A model generated the notes under the pieces. It was not told where the DNA came from and did not search any database. It was given only the letters and a program-made list of their open reading frames with translations. The translations under genes and the position numbers were made by a program. Source: Pecten maximus (lineage: Eukaryota). From it: DNA of 64,000 nt. Below are positions 1 through 12,340 of this stretch, piece after piece. Where the stretch lies: contig NC_047025.1 of NCBI RefSeq assembly GCF_902652985.1, positions 36,890,001 through 36,954,000 on the forward strand, in the 5' to 3' direction. Position 1 is the first letter of the stretch, and each line of letters starts with the position of its first letter.

Positions 1-570
1 GTAATTCTGTTAGCCCTGAGGATGATAGTAATTCTGTTAGCCATGAGGGTGATAGTAATTCTGTTAGCCTGAGGGTGATAGTAATTCTGTTAGCCTGAGG
101 GTGATAGTAATTCTGTTAGCCCTGAGGATGATAGTAATTCTGTTAGCCTGAGGGTGATAGTAATTCTGTTAGCCATGAGGGTGATAGTAATTCTGTTAGC
201 CATGAGGGTGATAGTAATTATGTTAGCCATGAGGGTGATAGTAATTCTGTTAGCCATGAGGGTGATAGTAATTCTGTTAGCCCTGAGGGTGATAGTAATT
301 CTGTTAGCCTGAGGGTGATAGTAATTCTGTTAGCCATGAGGGTGATAGTAATTCTGTTAGCCATGAGGATGATAGTAATTCTGTTAGCCATGAGGGTGAT
401 AGTAATTCTGTTAGCCCTGAGGGTGATAGTAATTCTGTTAGCCCTGAGGGTGATAGTAATTCTGTTAGCCATGAGGGTGATAGTAATTCTGTTAGCCATG
501 AGGGTGATAGTAATTCTGTTAGACATGAGGGTGATAGTAATTCTGTTAGACATGAGGGTGATAGTAATTT
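1..570. repeat. 27-bp minisatellite (GTAATTCTGTTAGCCATGAGGGTGATA), ~21 copies, runs off the window start
   Basis: Tandem unit read directly; 26/27-bp variants; the overlapping ORFs are repeat artefacts. Confidence 0.97.
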
Positions 571-920
571 AGACAATAGCATAACCCTATAAGCCCCTGA
601 TGATGTTAGTAATTTTGACAGTCCCGGGGGTGACAGCACATCTGTCATTGTCTGACAGAACCTTTGAATTTTATGTATTTTATCATACCAATGTTACCAG
701 GTGTGACAAAATTGTACACACACTATTTATTTATTTAAAAAATAACTGCAAAACAGAATAAGTAAGTTTTTAAGTGTAATATCAACAGCAGAGATTTTAT
801 AGATTTGTTTTGAACTACTTTGATGAGGATATAGATGTTAAATTGTCTGAGCCTTATAAAAGTAAATATTTACACAGTAATAAATAACCATATTTTACTG
901 TGACACACTACAATGCCTAC

Positions 921-1203
921 CTGTGCCATTCTTGGGTATAGAGTTGTAGGTACATGCGTTCCTTTCTGACAAAGGTTTCTTGTCCTTTTTAATTGATTTT
1001 GGGAGAAATGGGAGTTTATACTCCAGATCCTCATTTTTCTCAAACTTTATGGCTTTAAGCTTGTTTTCAGGTGAATGTCCATTGCGTGCGTGTTTGTTTT
1101 CGGGTGATAGTCCACCATGTCCGTGTTTGTGGCTCAGCGACTTGCCACCAGGGTGATGTGGCATCAGTGGCATTTTGCCCAACCTTTGATGTTTCAGTGG
1201 CAT
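921..1203 (-). CDS. Putative first coding exon of an unidentified gene (MPLKHQRLGKMPLMPHHPGG...PKNGT-G), phase-1 donor
   Basis: Non-repetitive 94-codon ORF from ATG 1203 in otherwise stop-rich DNA, ending at a good donor CAG|GTAGGC (920-915); possible acceptor ATTTATTCAG ending at 1307; no family recognised. Confidence 0.5.
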
Positions 1204-2829
1204 CAACCTATGAGCTGTTATACTGATCCTGTATCAAAGCTAGGAATTCAATATGCTCAACATTCAGTGTCCATTACACACCATCAGGATTGTCCCCAGA
1301 ATCACACTGAATAAATCCAAAGATCTCAATCGAAATATCCCAGATATCTAATGTTAAATTATCATTTCAAAGAAGAAAATAAAAAGTTGTGGTCTAAACG
1401 AACACCAATGAGTTGCCACTGACTTACATGTTGTGTCCCTGGTGTTTGGTGTTCTCTACAGAAATCTACTTAAGCTCCAATAACCAACAATAGAGGTATC
1501 AATTTAATATGTAGCTTAAAGCTCTAGTGTTGTATATATGAAAGGTAGAGTTGAAACCGTTGGTCGTTTAGTGACATATTAACATAATCCACAGAACTAC
1601 CACCGGTGATATCCTGAGTTACGCCCGAGCTCTCCAGGTCCCATTCAGCGATCCGTCTCGCTGCCGTAAAACAAGCACTTGTCGACTACTTACACATACA
1701 TTTAAAGGTTTTGGAACAACACATACCAATCAACGGGAGCCAATTCTTAACCCTACCACCAGTATAGTCACAAGTATTGAACCAGAGGTCTAGTACTGTC
1801 CCATGATACGTATCAATAGGTAATACAACATTTACCTGTGAAAGCCTTGGTAGACAGGATAATTCTGGATCAATTATGCAATTAATCTGTCCGAGACTTG
1901 ATATTCTATTTGCGCCTAGATTACTTTAATCTTTGTCATAAAGGACTGGAGATTGATTTAAATAACTATGATTAGATGTATTTTAGATATTGGGATTTTT
2001 ATGAAAAAAATCATAAGCTTGATCTGAAAGATCAGAGAAGTTTTCAAATGACTAAGTATTCATTAATTATAATACAGAACGATACTCAACATACATGTAC
2101 TAGCTTGATGTTCTTATAACTGTACTTATCTAACCAATATAATGAAAAAATGACCAGTTTTATAATAAGATCAATTTCTCACAATACATGTACATAATAT
2201 CAATCAATTTGTCCCATTGCTGATCTTTCCCGAGGGTGTAATGTACCTGTTTGTAGACAGTGTTATACAGACACGAGACTTACATTAATTGTATTTCACA
2301 GAGTGTGTACTTCATTAAACATATCTACACATTACCTTTAACTGATTTGAAGAAAGGTGTTAAGTGAAGATTTAGGCCCTGTTCCTGGTGTATTTTTAAA
2401 CTGTTATATTGACCGTCGGTGATGTAGTTACAGGTTAACAGGTGATATTCTGTAATTACTTGGTATACAGTTAATAATGAAAGTTATGTAGGAGGCAAGA
2501 ATTATGAAAATATTCTAGTTCCAAGCTCCAAGGTAAAACAAAAATTTATTGATGTATTAGGGGACTACCATAAGGTAGTACGTGTACATACCTGATAATC
2601 CAGGCAGACATTATACAACACAAGTACATTAATTTGTACACTCTACACGTATCTAACTGTCATTTAACATGTTTATTTGAGATCAATCATTTGTTGGTGT
2701 CATATTAGTATCGATTGATGGCAGGCATTTATTGTTTATGAGTAAAATGTCTTTTGATTTGAAAATCTAAAAACATTCTGGTAATGAAGGGTCCTCGTGT
2801 GGCAATTATCTACTGAGGTCGCATATATG

Positions 2830-4584
2830 CACGAGGCTACTCCAACAATGTTAGAGGTTTTACACGAGGCTACTCGAACAATGTTAGAGATTTTACACGA
2901 GGCTACTCCAACAATGTTAGAGATTTTACACGAGGCTACTCCAACAATGTTAGAGATTTTACACGAGGCTACTCCAACAATGTTAGAGATTTTACACGAG
3001 GCTACTCCAACAATGTTAGAGGTTTTACACAAGGCTACTCCAACAATGTTAGAGATTTTACATGAGGCTACTCGAACAATGTTAGAGGTTTTACACGAGG
3101 CTACTCCAACAATGTTAGAGATTTTACACGAGGCTACTCCAACAATGTTAGAGATTTTACACGAGGCTACTCCAACAATGTTAGAGATTTTACACGAGGC
3201 TACTCCAACAATGTTAGAGATTTTACACGAGGCTACTCCAACAATGTTAGAGGTTTTACACGAGGCTACTCCAACAATGTTAGAGATTTTACACGAGGCT
3301 ACTCCAACAATGTTAGAGATTTTACACGAGGCTACTCGAACAATGTTAGAGATTTTACACGAGGCTACTCCAACAATGTTAGAGGTTTTACACGAGGCTA
3401 CTCCAACAATGTTAGAGATTTTACACGAGGCTACTCCAACAATGTTAGAGATTTTACACGAGGCTACTCCAACAATGTTAGAGATTTTACACGAGGCTAC
3501 TCGAACAATGTTAGAGGTTTTACACGAGGCTACTCCAACAATGTTAGAGATTTTACACGAGGCTACTCCAACAATGTTAGAGATTTTACACGAGGCTACT
3601 CCAACAATGTTAGAGGTTTTACACGAGGCTACTCCAACAATGTTAGAGGTTTTACACGAGGCTACTCCAACAATGTTAGAGGTTTTACACGAGGCTACTC
3701 CAACAATGTTAGAGATTTTACACGAGGCTACTCCAACAATGTTAGAGGTTTTACACGAGGCTACTCCAACAATGTTAGAGGTTTTACACGAGGCTACTCC
3801 AACAATGTTAGAGATTTTACACGAGGCTACTCCAACAATGTTAGAGATTTTACACGAGGCTACTCCAACAATGTTAGAGATTTTACACGAGGCTACTCCA
3901 ACAATGTTAGAGATTTTACACGAGGCTACTCCAACAATGTTAGAGATTTTACACGAGGCTACTCCAACAATGTTAGAGGTTTTACACGAGGCTACTCCAA
4001 CAATGTTAGAGGTTTTACACGAGGCTACTCCAACAATGTTAGAGGTTTTACACGAGGCTACTCCAACAATGTTAGAGGTTTTACACGAGGCTACTCCAAC
4101 AATGTTAGAGGTTTTACACGAGGCTACTCCAACAATGTTAGAGATTTTACACGAGGCTACTCCAACAATGTTAGAGATTTTACACGAGGCTACTCCAACA
4201 ATGTTAGAGGTTTTACACGAGGCTACTCGAACAATGTTAGAGATTTTACACGAGGCTACTCCAACAATGTTAGAGATTTTACACGAGGCTACTCCAACAA
4301 TGTTAGAGATTTTACACGAGGCTACTCCAACAATGTTAGAGATTTTACACGAGGCTACTCCAACAATGTTAGAGATTTTACACGAGGCTACTCCAACAAT
4401 GTTAGAGGTTTTACACGAGGCTACTCCAACAATGTTAGAGGTTTTACACGAGGCTACTCCAACAATGTTAGAGGTTTTACACGAGGCTACTCCAACAATG
4501 TTAGAGATTTTACACGAGGCTACTCCAACAATGTTAGAGGTTTTACACAAGGCTACTCCAACAATGTTAGAGATTTTACACGAC
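2830..4584. repeat. 33-bp minisatellite (CACGAGGCTACTCCAACAATGTTAGAG[A/G]TTTTA), ~53 near-identical copies
   Basis: Direct reading; the unit is a multiple of 3, which explains the ~600-aa ORFs on both strands. Confidence 0.98.
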
Positions 4585-5136
4585 GAGATACTTTGACAGG
4601 CACCATGTAACAGGTCTCTGATAGAAAAAGAGCCAACAAGCGGAGTAGTACGAGGCGAGAACGATCACTGACTAAGGTCCTATTGGGTATTGCAACTTAC
4701 AAATTGTGCTCAAAGAACTAGCTCACTTGGCAATTTTTACAAGTATATAACAAGTGGACAACATCCACAGATGTGTTAACAACACAGATCTACTTATGAT
4801 TGTATAAATTACACAATAACGTAGATCATGCTACACATCGGTGAAATGTCACCAGAGTATGAGAGTGGATCAGCAAACACCTCACACTTTGGAGTAGACG
4901 GTATTATATCCTCAATGGTAATGACAACAAAATCATCTAAATTTAAATTGACAATACAAATTATAATAAACCTTTAAAATACAAAAGAAATCCAAATATT
5001 TAGATAATCAAAGCTTTCATATAGCTGTGATATGAATAAATGTCTTAACCTGTCGTCACCTACAAATGTATCTATTCTGGTCAGGCTTGTAACAAGGTAG
5101 CTCTGCTGGGCCTACAAGTACATTGTGGCCAAGTGT

Positions 5137-5605
5137 GACTACATGGTGTCCGGGCCTGACTACATGGTGTCCGGGCCTGACTACATGGTGTCCGGGCCTG
5201 ACTACATGGTGTCCGGGCCTGAGTACATGGTGGCCATCAGGCCTGTACATGGATGCAAGTGTTAAGCCTAACTGACTATATGACGGGCAGGCCTTTAAAT
5301 GGTGGCCTGTGTGAGGCATCAGACTACATGGTGGCTGGGCCCTGTACATGACGGCCAGGCTTATGTCTGGTGGCCAAGTCTGACTACATGGTGGCCAGTG
5401 AGGCCTCACTACATGGTGGCTGGGCCCTGTACATGGCGGCCAGGCTTATGTCTGGTGGCCAAGTCTGACTACATGGTGGCCAGTGAGGCCTCACTACATG
5501 GTGGCTGGGCCCTGTACATGGCGGCCAGGCTTATGTCTGGTGGCCAAGTCTGACTACATGGTGGCCAGTGAGGCCTCACTACATGGTAGTCTGGCCTGTA
5601 CATGG
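5137..5605. repeat. GC-rich composite tandem repeat: four 21-bp units (GACTACATGGTGTCCGGGCCT), then three 85-bp units built from the same CTACATGGTGG motif
   Basis: 85-bp units start at 5324, 5409 and 5494, with a partial fourth at 5579. Confidence 0.9.
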
Positions 5606-7102
5606 TGGTGGTATATGGATCATGAGTACTATTTTGTAATTCTGGCCATTCACAAGGACACATGGGAATCATTCAGTCATTAACAGGCAGCTTTAAGAGT
5701 ACAGAGCTGGCTATACCCCCATGCCATTCTCTCAGCACTTCCATTTGGATTTTTTTTTTTTATTAAAGAAGTCTCCAAAGGACAATTTGTAGGGACATCA
5801 CAAAGTATACAAATGTAGCCTGTTTGCAGTATATGCATGATTTTTTTATGCCACTTCTTATAAAAAAAGATTGACATGATTTAGAGTGTGAAATGGCTAT
5901 CCTTTATATCAGGTACAGTCTCACAGGCCCCACAGGGGTCCAAGGTGAAAATTGTGCAACACACAGGGGTAGAGATTTCAATGGTGTAATGCTGAACAAG
6001 ACTTTACAAGGGATGGACATTTTATCAATCTGTAGGAGTGTGAATATCCCGTTACTTCAGAGAAGTGAAGCATTAAAAAGGGGTGAACTTATACCTGAAT
6101 GATTTAACCATTGTATTCACACATCAAAGTTACTGTGTTCCAAAATCACTTGTATTCAAGTACATAATTAAAAGGTCATGATCATACTCTTTCTATCAGA
6201 TCGAGGTAAGAATAATTAAACAGATCAAATAGTTTTATAATTAAGCCTATTCAAAGTTCAGTCAAGTAAATGTTCTGAAAATTCAAATTATTATCAAACC
6301 TGATGATTTGGGAACTTGTATTCTGGGTGTAACATTATAATCAATGAACACGCTAGTGTCTCGGTGACCTTGACCTCTAGTACTCACTATTGACCAACAT
6401 AGAACATTGTAACAAGGAGTGCCTGTCCAGATATTGACCCTGATATCTGATTGCTCTACAGCGATTTTCAGAGGACCCAAACATATATTTGTTTTCCATT
6501 AAAAGGAAAAAAAATCAAATGACAGTAATTAGTTGTATTATTCCATTGAGCTAGTGGTCTGTGTGATTGGCCCACAGCAGACACATTATTTACACTGTGT
6601 TAGGTAGAGTCGGTTCCTCCTAACGACAATTCATCTGACAACCAATTAACCTATGCTTAAATACATTAACAAGTTGTTATTATCTGAAAAGGGATGTTCT
6701 ATCTGGCCTGGGCCCAGGACTACAATCTTTAATTAATTACAGTTCTTTTAATATCATTTATATTTCAAAATTTAAATAGTTTTTATAATTTACTTCACCT
6801 GGATCAAAAGTAAGTATATATTGTTTTGAACTTTTGAATAATTATAATCACACTGTAGGGAAACATGAATCTGACAATAAATGTAAACTTTGACAGATGA
6901 CAACCAAATCTATAATCAGATGTACACTGTTGTTATAAATCTCTCCAAGGGTTCATCAAATATCTAGTATCAAACTATTTGCCTGCAAGCACAGATGTAA
7001 AATAAAATATGTATGTACAAACTCGTGCACAGACAGACATATGCCCCCTCACATATAGTACTGGTGTCTACATGTAATGCTACAATGTATTTCATGATAT
7101 AA

Positions 7103-7686
7103 TGTAGCGGGGTGTAATATGTCTTAAAATGATGACAATGCCGCTGGGTTCGTTTGATTTCAAAGGTTTTATTATTACTCAAAAACCCACGTTAACACGT
7201 ATAGTGCATCAACGTGAGGCTTAACACTGCTCACTTCCATGACCGTCATATACCGCACAACAGATGTAAACAATACAGGAATACGACTCTATATGGTGAC
7301 AGATGAATTCGAAGACCTACATTTTGTAGCTCCGGCTTCAATGACGTCGAAATTCAAATGTCCCGAAACACAAAGAAACAAAGACTAAAACCACAGATAA
7401 GAACTTTCAACCAATCAAACAACTTTGTTACAGTCACATGTCACGTTCGTCAGTGAAATATACTCACAGGTACAAAGACATACACATACCAATATACAAA
7501 CACGCGCACGGGATCGCCGGTAACGAATATATATATATGCACGGACGCAGGTAAAAGGTCGCGAGGGCCTTATACCTCAATAATAAATACCTTACATATT
7601 TATTATATTTTATTAATAATTATCACACATATACATGTATACATTTCACAAATATCAAACACTTTATTAAAAATAACCCTATTACA
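7103..7686 (-). repeat. 3' LTR of Gypsy element 1 (584 bp)
   Basis: Direct repeat of 14811-15394; TG..CA ends; adjacent PPT. Confidence 0.97.
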
Positions 7687-7698
7687 TACTCCCCCTGG
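7687..7698 (-). other. Polypurine tract of element 1 (CCAGGGGGAGTA)
   Basis: Purine run directly 5' of the 3' LTR on the minus strand. Confidence 0.85.
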
Positions 7699-7933
7699 TT
7701 CGAAAAAGACGTCCTCGTCTTAAAACAAGTTGGGAAATATCTTACTTATCATAAATACAAAATCTAGTCATGTACATTATGCATCAAATACATTACTAAA
7801 TATCACAATGTCACAAATCATACGTACATTCAAATAAAAATCAAAAGAAAAGAGCGCGAATATGAAAGTTTAAGAAAAACACATATCTATTTAAAACATG
7901 TAGAATAAAACAGTCCAGCTGGAAACAATATAT

Positions 7934-10900
7934 CTAACAAATCACATCTCCACATACGATTCTAACGAGAGCATCTGATACTCGATCAGGAGCAAGTACT
8001 CCACGCTCACCCAGACGTTGTAAATACTCTGCTCTCGTGAACCAATCCGATGAAATCCCTTGACATAATTGGTTCATCACGAACTCTCCTGACTGCTGCC
8101 ACAAAGGAGGCTGCCTAGCTCTAGTAGATCTTCTAGGAGCTGGCGTTGGTACCCGTGGTGCAATTGGTGCTACCACATCTTGATCATCCTGGACTGAAAC
8201 ACCCCCAGTCTCATCATTCCCCGAGACTTGGTCGTCACCAGGCGGAGCTTCGTCCACTACCACAGTCGGATGACAGTCGTCACCATCAACAGACTGGGCA
8301 GACTCTTGTCTATCAGACGCCGGAGTATCCTCCTTGGGATGTGAAGGTATCCCATTCTCCAATTCTGATAGCGGGCCCTCTACAGGATCATCAATGACGA
8401 CTGATGAGTCGACATCTTCATCGGAGTCGCTGTCTGCGGTCTCCAAAGTAACAATATCCTCCTCCTCTGGCTTGGTCAATGTCCTCTTTCTTGTTGTTGA
8501 CTCCGGTTTCTCATCAAAACTCACTTCATCTGTGTCATGCAGGAAATCGATGGGCAAGAGCAAATTGCGGTGCAATGTCTTTTCTTTTCCTTCGCCATTA
8601 CACTTGCGGACGACATAGACAGGCACATCTGGATTAGGCTGACGAATCACGACGTATTCATCATCTTCCCATTTGTCGGAGATTTTGTGTTTTCCTTCAA
8701 ATGCCATAATCCGAACTAGAACTCTGTCTCCATCCTGTAAAGCAACTGCTCTAGCCTTCCTGTCGTAATTCCTCTTCTGGTGTTCTGCAGCTGTAGACAT
8801 AAACCGTCTTGCAGAGTCATAGGCATTCTTCAGGTTCTCGCGAAGAGACGATACAAACTTGGACAATGGTTGATGCTTCCCTCCAATGTCTATTCCGAAT
8901 GCCAAGTCGATGGGTAACCTAGGTTGTCTACCAAACATCAGAAAGAATGGAGAATAGCCTGTGCTATCGTGCCGTATGCTGTTGTATGCATGAACAAGAG
9001 GACCGACATGCCTTTTCCAGTCTCCTTTATCCTTCGGGTCCAAAGTACCCAACATCCCTAGCAACGTCCGGTTAAACCTCTCACAGCTTCCATTACCCAT
9101 TGGGTGGTACGGCGTAGTCCTACTCTTCTTGATGTTGGCTATAGCGCATAACTGGTGAATTAAGTTTCCAACAAAATTGGCACCTTGATCAGAGTGTATA
9201 CGTCTAGGCATTCCGTAATGTACAACAAAGTTGTAGAAAAATGCCTCAGCTGTAGTTTTAGCGGTTTGATTTTTCGTAGGAATGGCTTGTGCGTACTTGG
9301 TGAAGTGATCCGTCACAACCAGTATATGCTGAAATCCTCCTTTAGATGACTCCAAGGTAAGGAAATCCATACACACTAGCTCCAGTGGCTGGGTTGTCTG
9401 GATATTCACTAATGGCGCTTTCTGAGTAACTGCCTTCCTAAATATACAGCGTCGACACCTTTTCACCCATCTCTCCACGTCCTGAGTCATTCCTGGCCAA
9501 TAAAAACGTTCCTGAATAAGTGACAATGTCCTATCACGTCCGGGGTGTCCGACAGAATTGTGAAGTCCATATAAGGCTTGTTTCCGAAAAGCAGGAGGTA
9601 ATATCAGCTGTTTTCTGGATGTACCATCTTCTATGACTTCTCGATAAATCACCCCCTTATCGATTTTTAATCTGTCAAAGGAACGTAACAAAGTTTGCTG
9701 ATCAGGATCTAACTGTCTTCTATCTGGCCTCTGGTTATTCCGAACATAAAATAACATCTGCCGGAGTACTGGATCTCTGTCCTGAGCTCGTCTCCAATCT
9801 CTAGAAGTCATCTCCTGAATATCCTGACCAGAGTCCATGAATTGCTCATCAATGACTGAAGTAGACATGGAAACGGTCTCAATCCAGGCTACTGGCTGTT
9901 GTACTGCACCGCAAATAGCCTTGACAGAATCCAAAGGGATATCCTTAACAGATGTAGACTCCTCAATGTGGGATGGCAGTCTAGACATAATGTCAGCATC
10001 TGTATTGTTCTTTCCTGGCTTGTAGATGATGTTGAAGTCAAACGCGGATAATGCAGCCAACCATCTATGTCCCGTCGCATCCAACTTGGCAGACGTTAAA
10101 ACATATGTCAGTGGATTGTTGTCGGTGGTAACTGTAAACTTCCTTCCGTACAGGTAATCCGTAAATTTGTCAGTCACTGCCCACTTTAAAGCTAAAAATT
10201 CCAATTTATGGGCAGGATAATTCCGCTCAGATTTCGTCAATCCTCTGCTTGCATAAGCAATGACCCGCGGTTTTCCATCCTGCTGCTGGTAAAGGATCGC
10301 CCCAAGACCATGTCCACTTGCGTCTGTATGTACTTCAAATGGGATGTCATATAATGGATATCCAAGAACAGGCGGTGAGGATAAAACACTCTTCATGGTC
10401 TGGAACGCTGTTTCCTGCTCTTTCTCCCATTTCCATACAGTTGACGCAGTCTTGCTCCTAGTAGAATGGCCTTTCTTCCTTGTAGGTGGTAATAGCTCGT
10501 TCAGTGGCTTCACGATGGCAGAAAAACCTTCCACAAACTTACGATAGTAGCCACAGAATCCCAAGAAACGTCTCAAATCATCCGGACCAGAGGGCTTAGG
10601 CCAGTCAACTATCTTCTGTACCTTATCAGGATCTGCTTCTATACCATCCTTAGAAACAACGAAACCAAGAAACTTCACTTTCTTCTTGAAATAAGAGCAT
10701 TTCTGTGGAGCTAGCTTTAATCCATGGTGCCTTATCTTCTCAAATACTAACTCTAACCTCTCTATATGCTCACCGAATGTCTTGGAAAACACTATGACGT
10801 CGTCTATATAGACAAAGCAAATGGTGGTATGGAGCTCTCCAAGGCACTCTTCCATCAATCTTTGGTAAGTCGCTGGTGCATTCACTAACCCGAATGGCAT

Positions 10901-12340
10901 CCTATTGAATTCATAGAATCCTAACGGTCCGATGGTGAAAGCAGTCCTTGACTTATGTTCCTCGTGAAGTTCGACCTGATGGTAACCACTCTTCATATCC
11001 AGTGTAGAAAAATAATCACATCCTGATAAAGAATCTAAAATCTCCTCCACCCTAGGAAGAGCATAAGAATCCTTTACAGTCCTAAGATTCAACTGACGGT
11101 AGTCGATGCACATCCGCAGTCGTCCGTCCTTCTTCCGTACCAATACAACTGCAGAGGCCCAAGGTGAATGAGAGCGACGAATAACTCCTATGTCCAAAAG
11201 TTGATGTAGGTGATCACGCACTTCACTGAGCATAGCAGGAGGAATACGACGATGGCGTTGTTTAAATGGCACTTCATCTGTGAGCTCAATACGGTGATGA
11301 ACAGCATTAGAGTGTCCAAGATCCATATCCCCTTTAGAAAATATATCGGGGAAACTGGAAATCATCTGTTTACTAATTGTAAACTCCTCTTCAGACAATC
11401 TATCATCAAACTTCATCTGTCGCATCAAGGCTTCCATATCCGTGCCTACAGAATCATCAGTATCATCAGATGTGTCCACATCTTGCAAACATCCTTCGAC
11501 CTTCACTGGCTGAATCTCACAAAGCACCGCACGAGGCTGTATGGTAACATTCCTGGCAGTGATGTTAGATATGGTCACAGGAACAACGCCATTTCCTCTA
11601 TAATGGTACTGAATAAGACTGGGCGATATATCCAAATCATCGACTAATGTCGACTCATTCGATGTTGTAAGGTAAGCACTGGTGGGTGTATGCTCGACTT
11701 GATGATCAACGTAGCCATTAATAGTAACTTGACTATTGGGCTTAACTTGAATTGCAGTACCTTCAGCACTCTTTACTACACCAAGACAGAATTTTTTCCG
11801 AATCAAATTCTGTTGACGCAATGCAATACATCGGAATGTAATATACCAAGGCGTCGAGAGTGAGGATCCTTTCATCAACTTATCACCACAAACTTGCTTA
11901 CAGGAGTCCATGATATCCATCAATATGTTGGTCCCCACTAGAATTGGTACCTTAGAATTATATCTGGTGTCTGGTACAACCAATAGAAGTCCTGGTAAAG
12001 GTGTATTGTGGCCCTCAATTGTAGTCTCTATCTCGGCCTGTATAAAACCATCATATGGCAATGCCTCTCCCCCAGCACACTCAATATCTAAAACATCGTT
12101 TAAAGAATGAAGTGGTAAATGGCTCAAATGACTGTCGTAGAAGTTACGACTAACAGTGCTGACCGCTGAACCAGTATCCAACAATGCGGTAGTATTCACC
12201 CCAGAAATCTTTAACTGTTCCTCACTGCAATCTCCAACCAGTGCTGTACCGGTATCATCATGATCATCTTGCATGATAGGGCTCTGTTGTCCAATCCTGC
12301 CTACTGGTGCCCCAGGCCTGTAGGCGTCCGAGCGTTTAAA
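7934..12340 (-). CDS. pol: Pol polyprotein (protease, RT, RNase H, integrase, acidic tail), translated via -1 frameshift from gag
   Basis: LLDTGS protease; LRMCIDYRQLN and YIDD RT motifs; TDASGHG/LEFLALKWA RNase H; HNSVGH...CRRC zinc finger; IHSDQG/ERFNRTL integrase core. Confidence 0.96.
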   Translation of the reverse strand, partial: FKRSDAYRPGAPVGRIGQQSPIMQDDHDDTGTALVGDCSEEQLKISGVNTTALLDTGSAVSTVSRNFYDSHLSHLPLHSLNDVLDIECAGGEALPYDGFIQAEIETTIEGHNTPLPGLLLVVPDTRYNSKVPILVGTNILMDIMDSCKQVCGDKLMKGSSLSTPWYITFRCIALRQQNLIRKKFCLGVVKSAEGTAIQVKPNSQVTINGYVDHQVEHTPTSAYLTTSNESTLVDDLDISPSLIQYHYRGNGVVPVTISNITARNVTIQPRAVLCEIQPVKVEGCLQDVDTSDDTDDSVGTDMEALMRQMKFDDRLSEEEFTISKQMISSFPDIFSKGDMDLGHSNAVHHRIELTDEVPFKQRHRRIPPAMLSEVRDHLHQLLDIGVIRRSHSPWASAVVLVRKKDGRLRMCIDYRQLNLRTVKDSYALPRVEEILDSLSGCDYFSTLDMKSGYHQVELHEEHKSRTAFTIGPLGFYEFNRMPFGLVNAPATYQRLMEECLGELHTTICFVYIDDVIVFSKTFGEHIERLELVFEKIRHHGLKLAPQKCSYFKKKVKFLGFVVSKDGIEADPDKVQKIVDWPKPSGPDDLRRFLGFCGYYRKFVEGFSAIVKPLNELLPPTRKKGHSTRSKTASTVWKWEKEQETAFQTMKSVLSSPPVLGYPLYDIPFEVHTDASGHGLGAILYQQQDGKPRVIAYASRGLTKSERNYPAHKLEFLALKWAVTDKFTDYLYGRKFTVTTDNNPLTYVLTSAKLDATGHRWLAALSAFDFNIIYKPGKNNTDADIMSRLPSHIEESTSVKDIPLDSVKAICGAVQQPVAWIETVSMSTSVIDEQFMDSGQDIQEMTSRDWRRAQDRDPVLRQMLFYVRNNQRPDRRQLDPDQQTLLRSFDRLKIDKGVIYREVIEDGTSRKQLILPPAFRKQALYGLHNSVGHPGRDRTLSLIQERFYWPGMTQDVERWVKRCRRCIFRKAVTQKAPLVNIQTTQPLELVCMDFLTLESSKGGFQHILVVTDHFTKYAQAIPTKNQTAKTTAEAFFYNFVVHYGMPRRIHSDQGANFVGNLIHQLCAIANIKKSRTTPYHPMGNGSCERFNRTLLGMLGTLDPKDKGDWKRHVGPLVHAYNSIRHDSTGYSPFFLMFGRQPRLPIDLAFGIDIGGKHQPLSKFVSSLRENLKNAYDSARRFMSTAAEHQKRNYDRKARAVALQDGDRVLVRIMAFEGKHKISDKWEDDEYVVIRQPNPDVPVYVVRKCNGEGKEKTLHRNLLLPIDFLHDTDEVSFDEKPESTTRKRTLTKPEEEDIVTLETADSDSDEDVDSSVVIDDPVEGPLSELENGIPSHPKEDTPASDRQESAQSVDGDDCHPTVVVDEAPPGDDQVSGNDETGGVSVQDDQDVVAPIAPRVPTPAPRRSTRARQPPLWQQSGEFVMNQLCQGISSDWFTRAEYLQRLGERGVLAPDRVSDALVRIVCGDVIC
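12277..12340 (-). promoter_or_regulatory. -1 ribosomal frameshift signal: U UUA AAC slippery site plus predicted H-type pseudoknot
   Basis: Gag frame TCT TTA AAC; the -1 frame continues FKRSDAY into pol; stem1 GCCUAC(A)GG/CC(A)GUAGGC, stem2 UGGGGC/GCCCUA. Confidence 0.85.

Noticed and set aside
218-648. Repetitive ORFs (ANRITITLM etc.)
   Set aside because: 27-bp minisatellite artefacts
2736-4596. ~600-aa ORFs on both strands (HEATPTMLEIL / CKISNIVGVAS repeats)
   Set aside because: Produced by a 33-bp minisatellite with stop-free frames; no unique domain or splice context
7699-7933. env-like third ORF in element 1
   Set aside because: Only ~235 bp of AT-rich sequence between the pol stop and the PPT
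8146-12110. Short plus-strand ORFs antisense to pol
   Set aside because: Expected shadow ORFs opposite a long coding region; no recognisable motifs
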